A stretch of 64,000 bases of DNA, from contig JAUFOQ010000002.1 in the NCBI GenBank assembly GCA_040285855.1, positions 2,852,001-2,916,000 on the forward strand, read 5' to 3'. Each line of letters begins with the position of its first letter. Positions within the stretch are counted from its first letter, which is position 1. Position numbers and translations under genes: made by a program. A model generated the notes under the pieces. That model had not been told where the DNA came from. It ran no database searches and was given only the letters and a program-made list of their open reading frames with translations. Shown piece by piece: positions 1 through 11,900 of the stretch. This stretch comes from Eukaryota sp. GEM-RC1. Lineage: Eukaryota.

Positions 1-2768
1 GAATTTGTGCGGCAGTAACAACTTTTCTAATTCCGCCTTTAGATAATGTGAGTGGTTCTAAAGACTCAGATATTTCAGAAAAGGCAAGTGGCTGCCAATC
101 AAGAATGATTGACAGCTCATCAGGTTGATCAATCAACAAAGAGAAATCCTCGACTTCCAAAGGTTCTGGACTACTATGGAACTTTGGAGAGTCAACAGGA
201 ATCAATCGGACCGAATCAGGGGTAAGAACTTTCCCAATATAACGTAACTGATGACAATGAGCAAAAAACAACACGCGATTTGATAGATAACAATCAACCA
301 ATCGATCAAAACAGGTCAAATAATCAACGAGATTCAAGCAGACTCTGACAGCACATCCCAAAGTCAGTGCATCAGTATAGATAGACCTCTTGTCCCCATT
401 AATTAGGAGACTAATGTCAATGGTTTCGAGGGAGGAGTCGTTGACTAGAAGAGATAACATTGAAGAAAGAGTTGTTGAACAAATATGATGGGAAGTCAAT
501 TCTTGAATAATTTCAGGAATTTTTTCAGAATTTGAATTATTTGATGAATTTTTGGTAATGAATAGAAAGTCGTTAACTGCTGTTTTAGTTGCTGCCAAAA
601 GACATTGAAAAGTTGCTGCTTTCAGCGCTAGAGCTGAAGTTTTAGTCGTAGGTCTGTGAGTTAAACAAAAGAGCTCTGAACTGAAGAAAAGAAATTTAAA
701 ATTTGATGAAACGAATCCAAAGTTGATGCTTCAAGCACTTCACCTACAGGCCACGAATCACACCGAACCCCACCAAAATCTTTCAACAACATGGAAATTC
801 CTTTAGGAAAGGGACAAAATGAAGGTCCATTTGTTCCCTTTTTAATGAATCTGTAATCCAAATAACAACTAGAAAGTACTGTACCAAAAGAGGAAGTTAA
901 TAACTCAGTGGAAATGATTGCTAGGGAATAGTCATCCAGACTTTCGATATCGTTATGAAATAGTACATTGAACACGTGATCCAAGTGTTGGTGCAAGTGT
1001 TGGACGTAGAGAGGGCATGAAGTAGGGGAGGAGTGGTGGATGAGTACGGATAACAAGGAGCAGAATTGGACAGCGCTTTCGATTAGCATTAGTTCAGCCT
1101 TGTAGATATTTGAAAAAAGTGTCAGAATTTCAAGTTCCTTAGCCATCTCCTGAGAGAAAGCCAATACTGAACCAACCTTCTGTACCCGTTTCTCAATGAG
1201 CTTCATTGAGTTCAATGATTGTTGAAAGATGACGAGATTCCCGTCATCATCGACAACAAAGCATTTAACTGGAGCAAGATTGAACAACAGAGCTATATCA
1301 ACATCTTCAGAAACGACATTACTAGAAGAATTTAATGTATTTTGGGAGTGATCGTAGAACTTCTTCATTGTTTCTTCAGTTGGGTCAACCAAGGAGTAAC
1401 CGAAACTAGACGAATCGTCAGAGCTATCAATGAAGGTAGACCATCTTTTTAAATATTCTAAATAATTCAACATTGAGAGAATTGAAATTCGACTGCTGAC
1501 TAGAGCTAAATGTCGCAGTACAAGAAAGGAGAAATACTTTCGATTATTCACTGTATTTAAATTTTTAAACGACGGACACGTGTCAACACTTTTGGCAGTT
1601 TTCTCACCGACCTCCATCAAATTAATCATCGACAGTGATTGATTAAGATCAGTAGAGCTCGGTGATGACGTTGTCCTCCTAAATCTATTCGCCAAAAGCT
1701 TAACATCTTTACATTTTAAACTTTTCAGCTCCGCAACGATGGCCAATGAATTTTCAAATATTACTTCAGATTTATAAAAGAACGATTGAGCAAAGGTCTG
1801 AGTAGGAGAAGGTAGTCCAAAAAGCAGAGGCTGAGCAACGTGAAAATAGGCCTCTCTTGTTGAGCAATCATCAATTAGTGCGAACATTGAATCCTCTTGA
1901 ATCTCGTCATTTTCTTCAGAAGTCATGGGAAAAGAATCAAAGAACAAATGTTGGAATTTGACTCCCATGTGGAGCAACTTCTCACACTCAAAATACAATT
2001 GATCCTCATTAAGTCCGTAAGATTCTTTAGGACCATCGGAAAAGGAAACTAAAAATCCAAAATATTCAGTTAATTCAGAAAGTTCTTTCTCCCACCCAAA
2101 ATTAGAAAACATATCTCTATTCTTTGACAATACCTCTGTCAACAACTGCTCAGCTCTAATAACAACCGTCGAATGATCAACATGAAGGGCAGCTTCAAGG
2201 GAGGGTCGGATGAAGCGAAGAAAACGTTTGCCTTCCAGTTCTTGGGCTTTAAGTGAGCAGGCGAGTGTAAGAGCATTAAGGAGAGAACTGGGAGATTGAG
2301 AGGAGAAGGAGTGAATGTAGTGAGAGAGAGTTGAGAGTTGATCAGATTTAGTGTTGATCATGTCAGTTAGAAAGAGAGAAGAGTGGGTGGAGTCACTGGA
2401 AGAGGAACGATGGATTGAAGATAAACGGTGACGTAGAAGGGTTATGGAGTGTTGGAGAGAGTCACGGTGTTGTGTGAGGAGATTTTGAGAGGAATTCATG
2501 AGATCTGGGGCAGTTGGGACAGAATAGAGAGAGGTAAGATCAGAGAAACAATCCAGGGAGTACGTAGAATCAGACAGGGAAGGTTTAAGAGCAGAAAGAT
2601 CTGATAGAAGTGAGTCAAAGTCAATGGATGGAAAGTCTATGGATGTTTGGCCTTCAAGTTCACATTTTTTAGTGAGATGAGCAGCATGCTCTGACAGAGA
2701 TCGCAATTGACCTATAAGATCATCAGTGGACAAAGAAAGATAGCTTGCAAAGGGTGCTCATTGTCCAT
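1..2768 (-). CDS. Large host protein of unknown function, runs off the window start
   Basis: ORF 661-2733. ATG at 2768 (MDNEHP) joins it with a 1-nt shift. At ~665 another frame stays open toward the window edge. Confidence 0.6.
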
Positions 2769-2799
2769 GAATCTGAGAAGATGTCTAACAAATTCTAAG

Positions 2800-2875
2800 A
2801 TTCAATAATGCTACAGATTCACTGTAGTAAATACTATGACTATGACAAATAACTGGGTCTAACTCCTAGACCCCG
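2800..2875 (-). ncRNA. Candidate Fanzor omegaRNA scaffold (3' part), overlapping the end of the ORF
   Basis: Hairpin gggtcta-5nt-tagaccc (2855-2873) in the last codons and ctacag-5nt-ctgtag (2811-2827) after the stop, just inside the putative element end. This is where TnpB/Fanzor omegaRNAs lie. Confidence 0.5.
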
Positions 2876-4935
2876 CTCCAAATGATGCTCCACAATGGTC
2901 TTGATGTTGATACATGCTAACTTGTTACGATTCCAAACCTTGGCACTACCATGACATTCTTCTCTACATTCTTGGGACTTGCATCTCAACAAAGCGTGAC
3001 ACTTTACCAGAGGTTTCTTCTCTCTTTCCATGGTTTTGGATTACTGATTTCTTTGAACACTTTAACGGGCTTCCAACAAGTAGGACACTTTGAAGAAGTG
3101 TAACTCTCATCTACGAGAACAAGGTTGTAACCATTTCTCTTAAAGAAGTTTCTCCACATCACACCTCTACTTGATCGGAGGTGTTTTAGGTTATGCCTCT
3201 TATTACCATTGTCACCAAACATCAATACACAGTCATTTTTATTCCATCCTTTTGCAGTCATATTTTTCAACAACTTATTTTCTGTTTTTTGAATATGGAC
3301 GTATCTTTGCATTTTTGAATGCGCCATATCATCAAACAGTAGTAATTAAATGTTGATTCAATAACTGTAAGTTTGGAACTCACATAGTCATAGAAGGTTT
3401 CATAAAGAGTGGACTTTGAATTTTCTTTTGACAACTGTTTTTCCATCTTGGAGAATGAATTCTTTTTTCTTTTCTCTTCTAAACTTTTGATGAACTCTGG
3501 ACAATCTCGACCATTCTGTCTCTGTCAATCTTAGCCACTCGTATTCTTTGTTTCTCATTTCACGAGCAGAATTTTCAGGCTTTCTTATTTTTTCTGAGCA
3601 GAAGTAGAGTAAATCCTTCTTGCCAGGATCAATGTAAACTTTTGTTTTCAATGAAAACTCTTCAACATCATAGTCTTGAACATATTCTTCTTTACTGGAG
3701 AACTTTACACTGTCTGGTTTAAAGGACATTCCCACACAGTCCTCTCTGGTAAGTTCAACACAGGCAGAGAAACCATCAGTTTTAATGGTATTGTTAAACT
3801 TATAACCTTTCTTTATAAATGGACGATTAAAGTTGAAAAAGTAAGACCAGAATTGATTTTGTTCAGCAGGAGACATTCTTTGAATTTCATCTTTTGAATT
3901 CCACTCAGACATTTTCTTCTTGACATTCACTTGTTTTGTTGACAAAGTGGAACGTAATATTCCCCAAAGACCTTGTGTGTCTATTTCAAAGAAACCTGGT
4001 GTGACGTGACGAACAATAGGAATTACATTGTAAGCACTTGCTCCTTCACTTTCAAGATAGTTATTTATTTGAATGGCAGATTTAATAAAGGATTGAGGAT
4101 GTTCACGAACTGATTTTAGTAGAGATTTAACGACTTTCTTTTATAAACACCATTAGCATTTTGAACATCAATTGATGGTGGGAAGAGAACATCAATAAAA
4201 TATTTATCTCTAAACAATCCTTCAACATAGTCGTTAGTTGCCCATAGAAGTTTAATTTTACCTGCAATGTTCAAACTTCTATTACTGTCGTCTTGAAGAA
4301 TTTCTGTATTACATCTTTGAATAAATTGTTTTATTTCTGCACGGGTTTTTGGAATGTCATTTCTGTTACCTTCAAGAAAGACATTTTTAACTTGTCTAAG
4401 TCTCCAACGAAAAACAGACTGTTCTTTTTTTTGACATTGTTTCTTCTTGATCACTCTTTTGAAAATAAACATTAATAAATTTGTCAATGTATTGAGCATA
4501 TCGCATTTTAATGTTTGTGTCCAAATTCGATTTAATAGTTTCACCAACCATTGCCATAAGCCGTGAGGAATGAGCAGCTGGAAAGAGTGGAATTCCTCCA
4601 TTGTTGAGCATTACTTGTTTGTATTCTTCTAAAACAAAGTTTTTCAAGTGTTCATTAAATGCAGGAGCTCGTCCTTGATTACATAATTCAATCTCATTAT
4701 GTTCAGCAGAGATGTTTCTTAACAGAGTTTGAATATGCTCTACTTCTTTCCTTGTAATTAAAGGTAATTTTTTACCATTCTTATCCATGTGTAATAAAAA
4801 CAGCTTCAAACAATAGGAAGTGTGCATTCTAAGTTTGTGAACCAATTGAGCATAATAATCGAGTAATAACGTTAATCCAAAATGTTTAACAATAGACTTT
4901 AGTCCAATTTTATGTGTTACAAAAGTTGGACGAAT
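2840..4935 (-). CDS. Fanzor1 (TnpB-like RNA-guided nuclease) domain
   Basis: HKIGLKSIVK N-terminus, FFEIDT, FWSYFFN, IKTDGFSACV, RuvC-I YIDPGKKDLL, VLMFGDNG, VDESYTSSKCPTC, HALLRCKSQEC, WNRNKLACINI, RPSYLS end. Confidence 0.9.
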
Positions 4936-7900
4936 GATTTTATTTGATTGAAACAATAAAAACAACTTCAATGCTAGTACACTATCTTTGAAGCAATAGT
5001 TCACAACTTCTTGAGGTTTTTCAACAACACAATCAATAGGCAATAAGTGGTGAAATTCGTCATGAAGACGTCCTTTAGATTCGTTTAATAAAAACCAACT
5101 TAATGATCTTAAAGACTTTGAACATTTTGAAACAATAAATTGCTTAGCATAGACGTATGAATCACATACAATTCTACCAGCCCATTCAGAACAAACTTTC
5201 TGCCATAGAGATGATAAATGAGCTTTAGTTGTTTCATCTAGCATTGGTTCTGGAAAGTCGACTCCAAGTGTAACAATCCTGTTGCCTAAAACAACATTAT
5301 CGAAGTCAGTTATGTTAAATCCAGTTAAAACTGACGCATTTTTATCATTCAAATAGTTGACAAAAACTCTAGTAACTGTTTTTCGTTTTCAAAAAATCGA
5401 AGGTTTCTAGAATCAGGTGGCAGTTCAACATCAGATTCATGAGTCAACTCTAAAGTTGCAACAAAATTGTCTTGAAGGTAAAATTGATCTTTTATAAAAT
5501 GACCAAACACTCCAGAAATCATAAAAACTTGTTGGTTTTGAATCCACACTTCTTTTCTGCATCACTTTTCATTTTGAGAGATTCATTCTCGTTCTTTCTT
5601 TGATCATCCAACTCCTTTGTAAGTGTTTCTGCAGGGATTTGATCAATTTCTCTAGTTTCAATATCAAAAGACAATATAGAACAATGATTAGAGTTATTTG
5701 GTAATTGAGAATGTTTGAGAAACTCAATCATTTGTTTTTTAGGAGGTTTCAAACTCTTTGTCGCATTTGACACTCCACTTGCTTTTGGTTTGGTGGTTTT
5801 CCTTTTGGCAACTGTTGTTTTTCTATTTCCTGTTGCTGTTGTTGGTTCAGTGGTGTCAGATGATTCAATTGCTTCTGTTGCTTCTGTTGCTTCTGTTGTA
5901 TCAGGTTTTTCACAAGCAGCAACATTTATTTTTGGAGTTGGTAAATTTATTTCTGGAAGATCTGTTAACTCTGGACGACTAAAGTTATGATAACTTTCTT
6001 GAAATAATTCTTCAGCTTCTTCCAGCGCTTGTTCAATCATTTTTAACTTCAAAAGACGCTTCTTTTCCGATTAGACAAATTTCCAGGTAAACTTTTGAGA
6101 AAGTTTTGATAAGTGAGCTTTGATACCGTTTCCTTGTAACTACTATCATCTACCATTGTTTCAGGAGTTGAACTTTCAGATTGACACTGTACAGGTTGAT
6201 TAACAGGTGATTCAATCTCATCAGAATAAAACTCATTTAAAATACCTTGAGCATGAGTACATACATATTGTCGGTATTCATCAGGGTGATCTTCATCAGG
6301 GTGAGTAGTAACGATTTGAGACAATATTTGTTTTCTCATTTCTAAGGCATTACAAACAACACAATTAGAGACTTTAGACAGAATTTCGAAAAGATTTGTT
6401 GATGTTGATTCACACTCGACAAATTTATTCATATAAATTAGAATAAATGGACCACAGTCATTAAGAGTTTGGACTTGTTGAACTGGTACTCTAGCTATAT
6501 AGCTGAAATTTGCCATATCAAACAGGAATTGCTGTAATTGTGAAATGACTTTGTCAATACGTGATAAAGTGCTAGAAAACTGAGAATGTTGATCTTCTGT
6601 ACACATTGAGTCAATAGAGAATTATTGTTTGTTTTCAATATCACAGATTAACAGTGACCAGTGAGTGGCTGTTGTACCAAAGAGACCGTCATGTATTGGA
6701 ATAAACAAGAAACGTTTCTTACACTCTTTAGTGTGTCTTTTACTGGACTTTTCCATTGATAATTGAACTTCTCTAAATTGTTCAAACATTATGTTATATT
6801 GTGAAAGATTAATAGCATCTTGAATGTTGGCTACTTCAAAGAACTCGCATAGATTACTCTTTTCAGCAATGTACTGACCAACAAAAGTCAATGACAGAAT
6901 CATGAAGCAGCACATTGGGTTTCAGAGTGTCAATTTGATCAGATCTTAGTAAAAGTGGTCTAGGACGAGATTGTGTTAGAATTCCACGATGTTGATGTTG
7001 TAAGATTTGATATTTTTGAGAAAATTTCTTCTTTTTTGGAGGATATTTTCTAGATTGACGAGTTTTTCTTGTACGATTTGAGTCTATAAGTTGATTGGGC
7101 ATAGTCAATGGCACTTGTCGAGTTTCATCAGGAGATGAAACTACTGTTGGATGTTCGGCTATTTCAGAAGTACCAGCAGATCTATTCATTTGTTGTTGCA
7201 AAAATGTAGAATGAACTATGGCACTGTGTTCTTGAACATGTGCTTGAATGTTGTTTGAAAAGCACTCATGTACAATACTTACAGCAAGTATAGCAAAAGG
7301 AATAGGATGCGTGGTTGCTATCAGATTTAGAACTTGTTTTCTCATTTCAAAAGCATCATAATCAACATAACCTTGGACTTGAGACATAATTTCCTGGAAA
7401 TTGTCAGATAATGATGCCAAATGAACAAATCTTTGCATATACATTAAGATATATGGTCCACAGTCGTTGGGAGTTTGATGTTTAATAACTGGAAGCTTTC
7501 CTAAATTTGAGAAATTTCCAATATCACGCAAATATACCTGTAAAGTACTTACAACTTGATCATTTTGAGTTGAAACGTCAAATGAAAGTTGAATTGAACT
7601 GTCAGTGTACATTGGATCAAGTGAAGAAAATGATGTACTATCAATGTCACAAACAAGTAGAGTCCAATGAGTTGCTGTACCACCAAAGACACCATCGTTT
7701 ATTGGAATAAATAAAAACCTTTTCCCAGTCTCTCGCATTGAATTCTGAACATTTAGAAATTCAAGAGCTAATGTGTCAAAATCGCCATAACTCACTGCAG
7801 CATGAAGATTCCCGATAAGGAAAAACTGGCATAACTCACTATTCTCGGTGATGTACTCACCATAAAAGTCAACAACAGAATGATCGAGCCATACGGAGGG

Positions 7901-8092
7901 CTTCAATGTGGTAATTCCTTCCTCAGTGACAAAAGGACCAGGGTTTGACTCTATGTCTCCATCCGTGGTTAAATCATGAACAAACTGTGATGACGGTTGG
8001 TTCAAATGACTATTGAGAAATGACGAGTGATAGTGCGAGTAACTTAATCCTGTTACTATCACCCGAAACACTTTGCAGTGTTTGGAAAGCAT
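2840..8092 (-). CDS. Polyprotein: 2A leader, Ulp1, Ulp1, linker, PolB-type 3'-5' exonuclease, Fanzor1 (about 10 frameshifts)
   Basis: Ten abutting or overlapping ORFs from 6863-8182 down to 2840-3031 join by small frameshifts, mostly 1 nt, e.g. T5 at ~5365 and A8 at ~4428. The breaks fall inside domains. First in-frame ATG at 8092. Confidence 0.75.
4950..5690 (-). CDS. DEDDy 3'-5' exonuclease domain of family-B DNA polymerase type (no polymerase domain)
   Basis: ExoI ILSFDIETR, FENEKQLLEF, ExoII LTGFNITDFD, VCDSY, SLRSLSWFLLNESK, ExoIII NYCFKDSVLALKLF. ExoII/III share ORF 4396-5352 with the Fanzor N-terminus. Confidence 0.85.
6300..6950 (-). CDS. Ulp1/SENP-like C48 cysteine protease domain, copy 2
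   Basis: TLKPNVLLHDSVIDF, FLFIPIHD, THWSLL, SIDSM, QQVQTLNDCGPFI. Catalytic H, D and C plus oxyanion Q are present. Two frameshifts. Confidence 0.85.
7310..7930 (-). CDS. Ulp1/SENP-like C48 cysteine protease domain, copy 1
   Basis: TLKPSVWLDHSVVDFY, FLFIPIND, THWTLL, SLDPM, HQTPNDCGPYI. Confidence 0.9.
7934..7975 (-). other. 2A/StopGo ribosome-skipping peptide DLTTDGDIESNPG/P
   Basis: Exact match to D(V/I)ExNPGP, directly before the first Ulp1 domain. Confidence 0.9.
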
Positions 8093-8167
8093 CAAATAAG
8101 AAGAAAAAGGTGATAGTGCGAGTAACTTAATCCTGTTACTATCACCCGAAACACTTTGCAGTGTTTG
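8027..8167 (-). repeat. Two identical 58-bp copies (8027-8084, 8110-8167) of a two-hairpin structured motif
   Basis: Sense strand aaacact-gcaa-agtgttt cgg gtgatagt-AACAGGATTAAGTTACTCGC-actatcac, present twice with an 83-bp period. Confidence 0.9.
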
Positions 8168-8209
8168 CGACAAAGGGAACAAAAAAGATACAGGTCAAAA
8201 AGATTTCAA

Positions 8210-8219
8210 CTATTTATAG
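8210..8219 (-). promoter_or_regulatory. TATA-like box upstream of the polyprotein leader
   Basis: ctataaatag on the minus strand, ~40 nt upstream of the first structured motif. Confidence 0.3.
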
Positions 8220-8661
8220 CTGATGTTGACACTGACAACTTGACATTATGGCATCTTCATCATATGTTGTACTGGTCTTCTCTTCATGAACACACCTCCC
8301 TATCATCTTAATAGGTGAAGATCCTTTCAATCGTGATCTTTTACTGTGTTTATTTAGCTTCTTCAAAACAGAAGTTCATTTTGACTACAGCTAACTCCAC
8401 CATCATATGCACTCTGTCAGAACTCTTCTCATCTTCACACTTTTGAATGAAAGATTGGGACTGTTTTGATTCAAATGCAAGAAATTGGACACATCATGGT
8501 CATACTCACTCCAACACGTCCCAAATATTAAAGATTTGAACTGAGTTATAGTTTAAAATATTTACACTTACTTTTGTTGAGCACCGCAATGACATTCATA
8601 TAAATAAAACAAAACATAAGAACTACTGCTACATTTTCAACACATAGATGTTGATTTTGTT

Positions 8662-8783
8662 CAACATTTGTAATGACAATATTTGTAGATACAACATTTG
8701 TAATGACAATATTTGTAGATACAATATTTGTAGATATAATATTTGTAATGACAACATTTGTAGATACAATATTTGTAATGACA
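8662..8783. repeat. 15-bp minisatellite, 8 copies
   Basis: Units caa(c/t)atttgta(atga/gata). Confidence 0.9.
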
Positions 8784-8914
8784 CTCACTAAAATCTTGAT
8801 CTAGGGTACAGGTCATTGAAAAAAACGATGAAAGTGCAAAAACAAACAAATAATACAAAGATTAAATCCATTTATAAAACAAAAAATTAAAACACAACAA
8901 CAACTACTGATCTG

Positions 8915-11900
8915 CTACATTTTCCCCAAATTTGGGGAACACTTCCCCAAACCTTCAGCATTGACATCAACAATCTCATCTGATACTTGAGAATCATGTG
9001 CAGTCGGCCGACGACGTTGAATTTGGTCTAATTCAGATTCGTAATCGTTAGTAGAAGCTGAATAGTAATCCACTAAACTCTCCCAAAGCAGATTTGTTCG
9101 TAAAAGCTTTTCATGTCCACATATAAAATTACTAAACCTGCTTCTGGTCAGCATAATATTTATTCTTCGCTCATCTGTCAAAAAACCTAGACTTTGAGTA
9201 ATGTTGCCTTCTTGATAGGATCTCACTGTACTGATAAATACAAAATCTACTTCTTTTCCCTGAAATGCGTCAGTTGTTGATATCTGTACATTGTCTAAAG
9301 GTGGTTCAATAGAGTCAAACAATTGTCTGAGTTGATCAACCTGTGCCCTGTAAGGTGTCAACACTGCCACACTAAATGAACGCTTGAGAACTTTTTCCAA
9401 TGCATCTTTGTGATCCTTCAAAAAATCACAAACTCCTTTAATAACAGCAATGGCTTCGTGTTCGTTGAATAAACTACCTGCCAATTTTTCTGAATAATCT
9501 TGAATTGACCCCCATGTGTTTACAAAATGTCTTTTGGCACATGTCAATTGTTCACCAGTGATTGGTTCCACAGTGTCAATTTGATCACTGTAAAACATTG
9601 AATTAGAAAATGCCCACAATTCTGAGAATTGACGATATTGTGGATTCAGTAGTGTGTAGCGTTCTCTATCAAAGTGATGTGCCAAATCAGATTGATCAAT
9701 CAATCTTTCCATCAAAGACTTGGACAACCCTGGGTTTTGATTGAAGACTACAGGGGGTAATTGTTTATGATCTCCAACAATTACAATGGTTGTAAATTCA
9801 TTACAAATTCATAACGCAGCCACTAGTTCAGGCTCAGTTGACTGGCAAGCCTCATCAATAATTAAAAGTTGTGGTTTAAAAATACCTTTATTCCTGTAAC
9901 TGCTCGCTCCTGCTAATGTTGTGAAGAGAACATCATATTCTTTAGAAATCCACGAAAGATCATCCTTTTCTTCTTCCCTCATCTTGAGCAGCAGGTGTAG
10001 TGGTATGTGGCTGACCATGTTTAATATTCCTTCTTGGTTGTTTAAGTGGAGGAAGTCTGACAGCTTGTTGATCTAATAAATCTTGAGCATCTTGTTCATC
10101 TTGTTTTTCAGCTTCTTCTTTTGCTTGCTTTTGTTCTAACTTTGTACTTAACAAGAACGGTTGAACTTCTGGTAAAGGATGTAATTGAGAACTTATTCGC
10201 ATCAATTTTTGTTCATCAACTGAATGTTCATCAACTAGCTTGGCTAATATTACGTCAACTGCATTATTCGATGGAGCAGCTACCCAAACCTTGCATTTGT
10301 TAGACAAAAAGACATAATCAATTTGACAATGGTCGTTGTTTTCCCTGTACCAGGTGCTCCATGAATCACATATAGACCATGGGAAGTTACATGCAATTTT
10401 CTAATTTCTTCAATTGCCTTTTTTTTGACAGTCATTTAAATTTTGACAGAGTTCTGAATCAGTTTTAAAACTTAAACAACTTGGTAGTTGTGGTGCTTTA
10501 GGAATAATTCCTAACTGGTATTGAACACGTAGAGGAATTTCTAAATCCACCATGGCAGAAATTTGGCGCAAAAAGTGACTACCAGAACCGATTTTGACTG
10601 CAAACAGTACAGTAAGTGGGCAAATAGGGTCTTGGGTAATTACAGACATCTTTGACCATTGAGTTGTCTTTGATAGTCGATGACATTTACTGACTATTGC
10701 AAAATGAACATTGAGACTTGCAGCCATCACGTCAGCCAGAGATCCAATCATAAAAATATCTGATTCACCAACATGCTCACATTGTCGAACATTAGACAAA
10801 AATTCTTGAAAAGCCTGATGAACATTGACTTCACACATTGGTAGATCCTTGGAAATACCTCTATTCAAAAAAGTTTTACAACCATTAATATTTGGCCTAC
10901 TGGTGGGATTCTTCGTTCTATCAGCTAATAATATTCGAATATTAGTCACAAATCCCACTTCTTGTTCGACTGATTGTTGTAAAGAATAAACCATCAAGAG
11001 ATCTTGTTTGTTGAAATTTTTGAATCCGAGACAGCATGAAGATGTTACTTCGTCCAGAATTCAATCAATCCAGTCAGCCGAATATTTGGTTTGTAAATTC
11101 AATTTTGCTCTGAAATTAATTTTCATTTCATCTGGCATCTTGAATCTAGAATCATCTTGAGCTATTTCTTTGTCTTCAGCTGATTCTGTATCTTCGATTG
11201 CTTGTTTTTTGGAACTCCACCACATGAACATTAGTGGTACAAAAAGACTACTGACCGGAGTTTTTCTAGGTCGTTGGATCTGGGACGTTTGATTTGTCGT
11301 CTGAGGTTTTTTTCTGAAAAATTTCTTACCAAAAAGAAACGATGAAGTATTAGGCTCGACTTTATCTTTCAAATTCAATAAAAATAGTAGTTCTTTTTGA
11401 GTTGACGAAGAAAATTGTTGCTCTTCATCTTCAGACCAAAATGGAACAACCTGTCTTTGAATGAACCTATCTGATTTGGGAAGAGGATCAATACCAGTGG
11501 CGAGAACAGTGTAGCAATTACTCAGAGACAGCTGGTCGTCTGGTGGGGATCTTTCTAATTCAGGATCTTCAGGATCGTGTTCAGTCATTGTCTTGATAGT
11601 TTGTTTTGCAAACTGTACAGCTTCTTCATGGGTGTTACATCTGGCTGTGGTAGTTTGTAAAATCCCAAGCCATTGAGACTGGAAGTGTAACGGTTCATCA
11701 TACTTGATCCAATATTATGGTTGTTCCTTGTCGATGGATACAAATGCATGGCATCCCGCTTTCTGGTTGGGTCGGATTCTTCTTTTGTCTTGTTCCGTGG
11801 ACCTGGATCAGATTCAATGTCTCCACAAAGCGTAAGATCAATCTTGAAAAGAACATACAGCGAGTAACTCAATCCTGTTTGTATGCTCTTAATAGCCTTA

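Noticed and set aside
4950..5690. Complete family-B DNA polymerase (Polinton/Maverick)
   Set aside because: Only the exonuclease domain is present. No polymerase motifs (DxxSLYP, YGDTDS), integrase, packaging ATPase, capsid or long TIRs.
5870..5899. 9-bp tandem repeat (TEA x3)
   Set aside because: Ordinary low-complexity linker within the polyprotein.
8027..8783. Repeats as a CRISPR array
   Set aside because: The 15-mers have no spacers, the 58-mer has only two copies, and there are no cas genes in this eukaryotic context.
8546..8858. Cys/Tyr-rich and VITN-repeat ORFs
   Set aside because: They are translations of the 15-bp minisatellite, with no other coding evidence.
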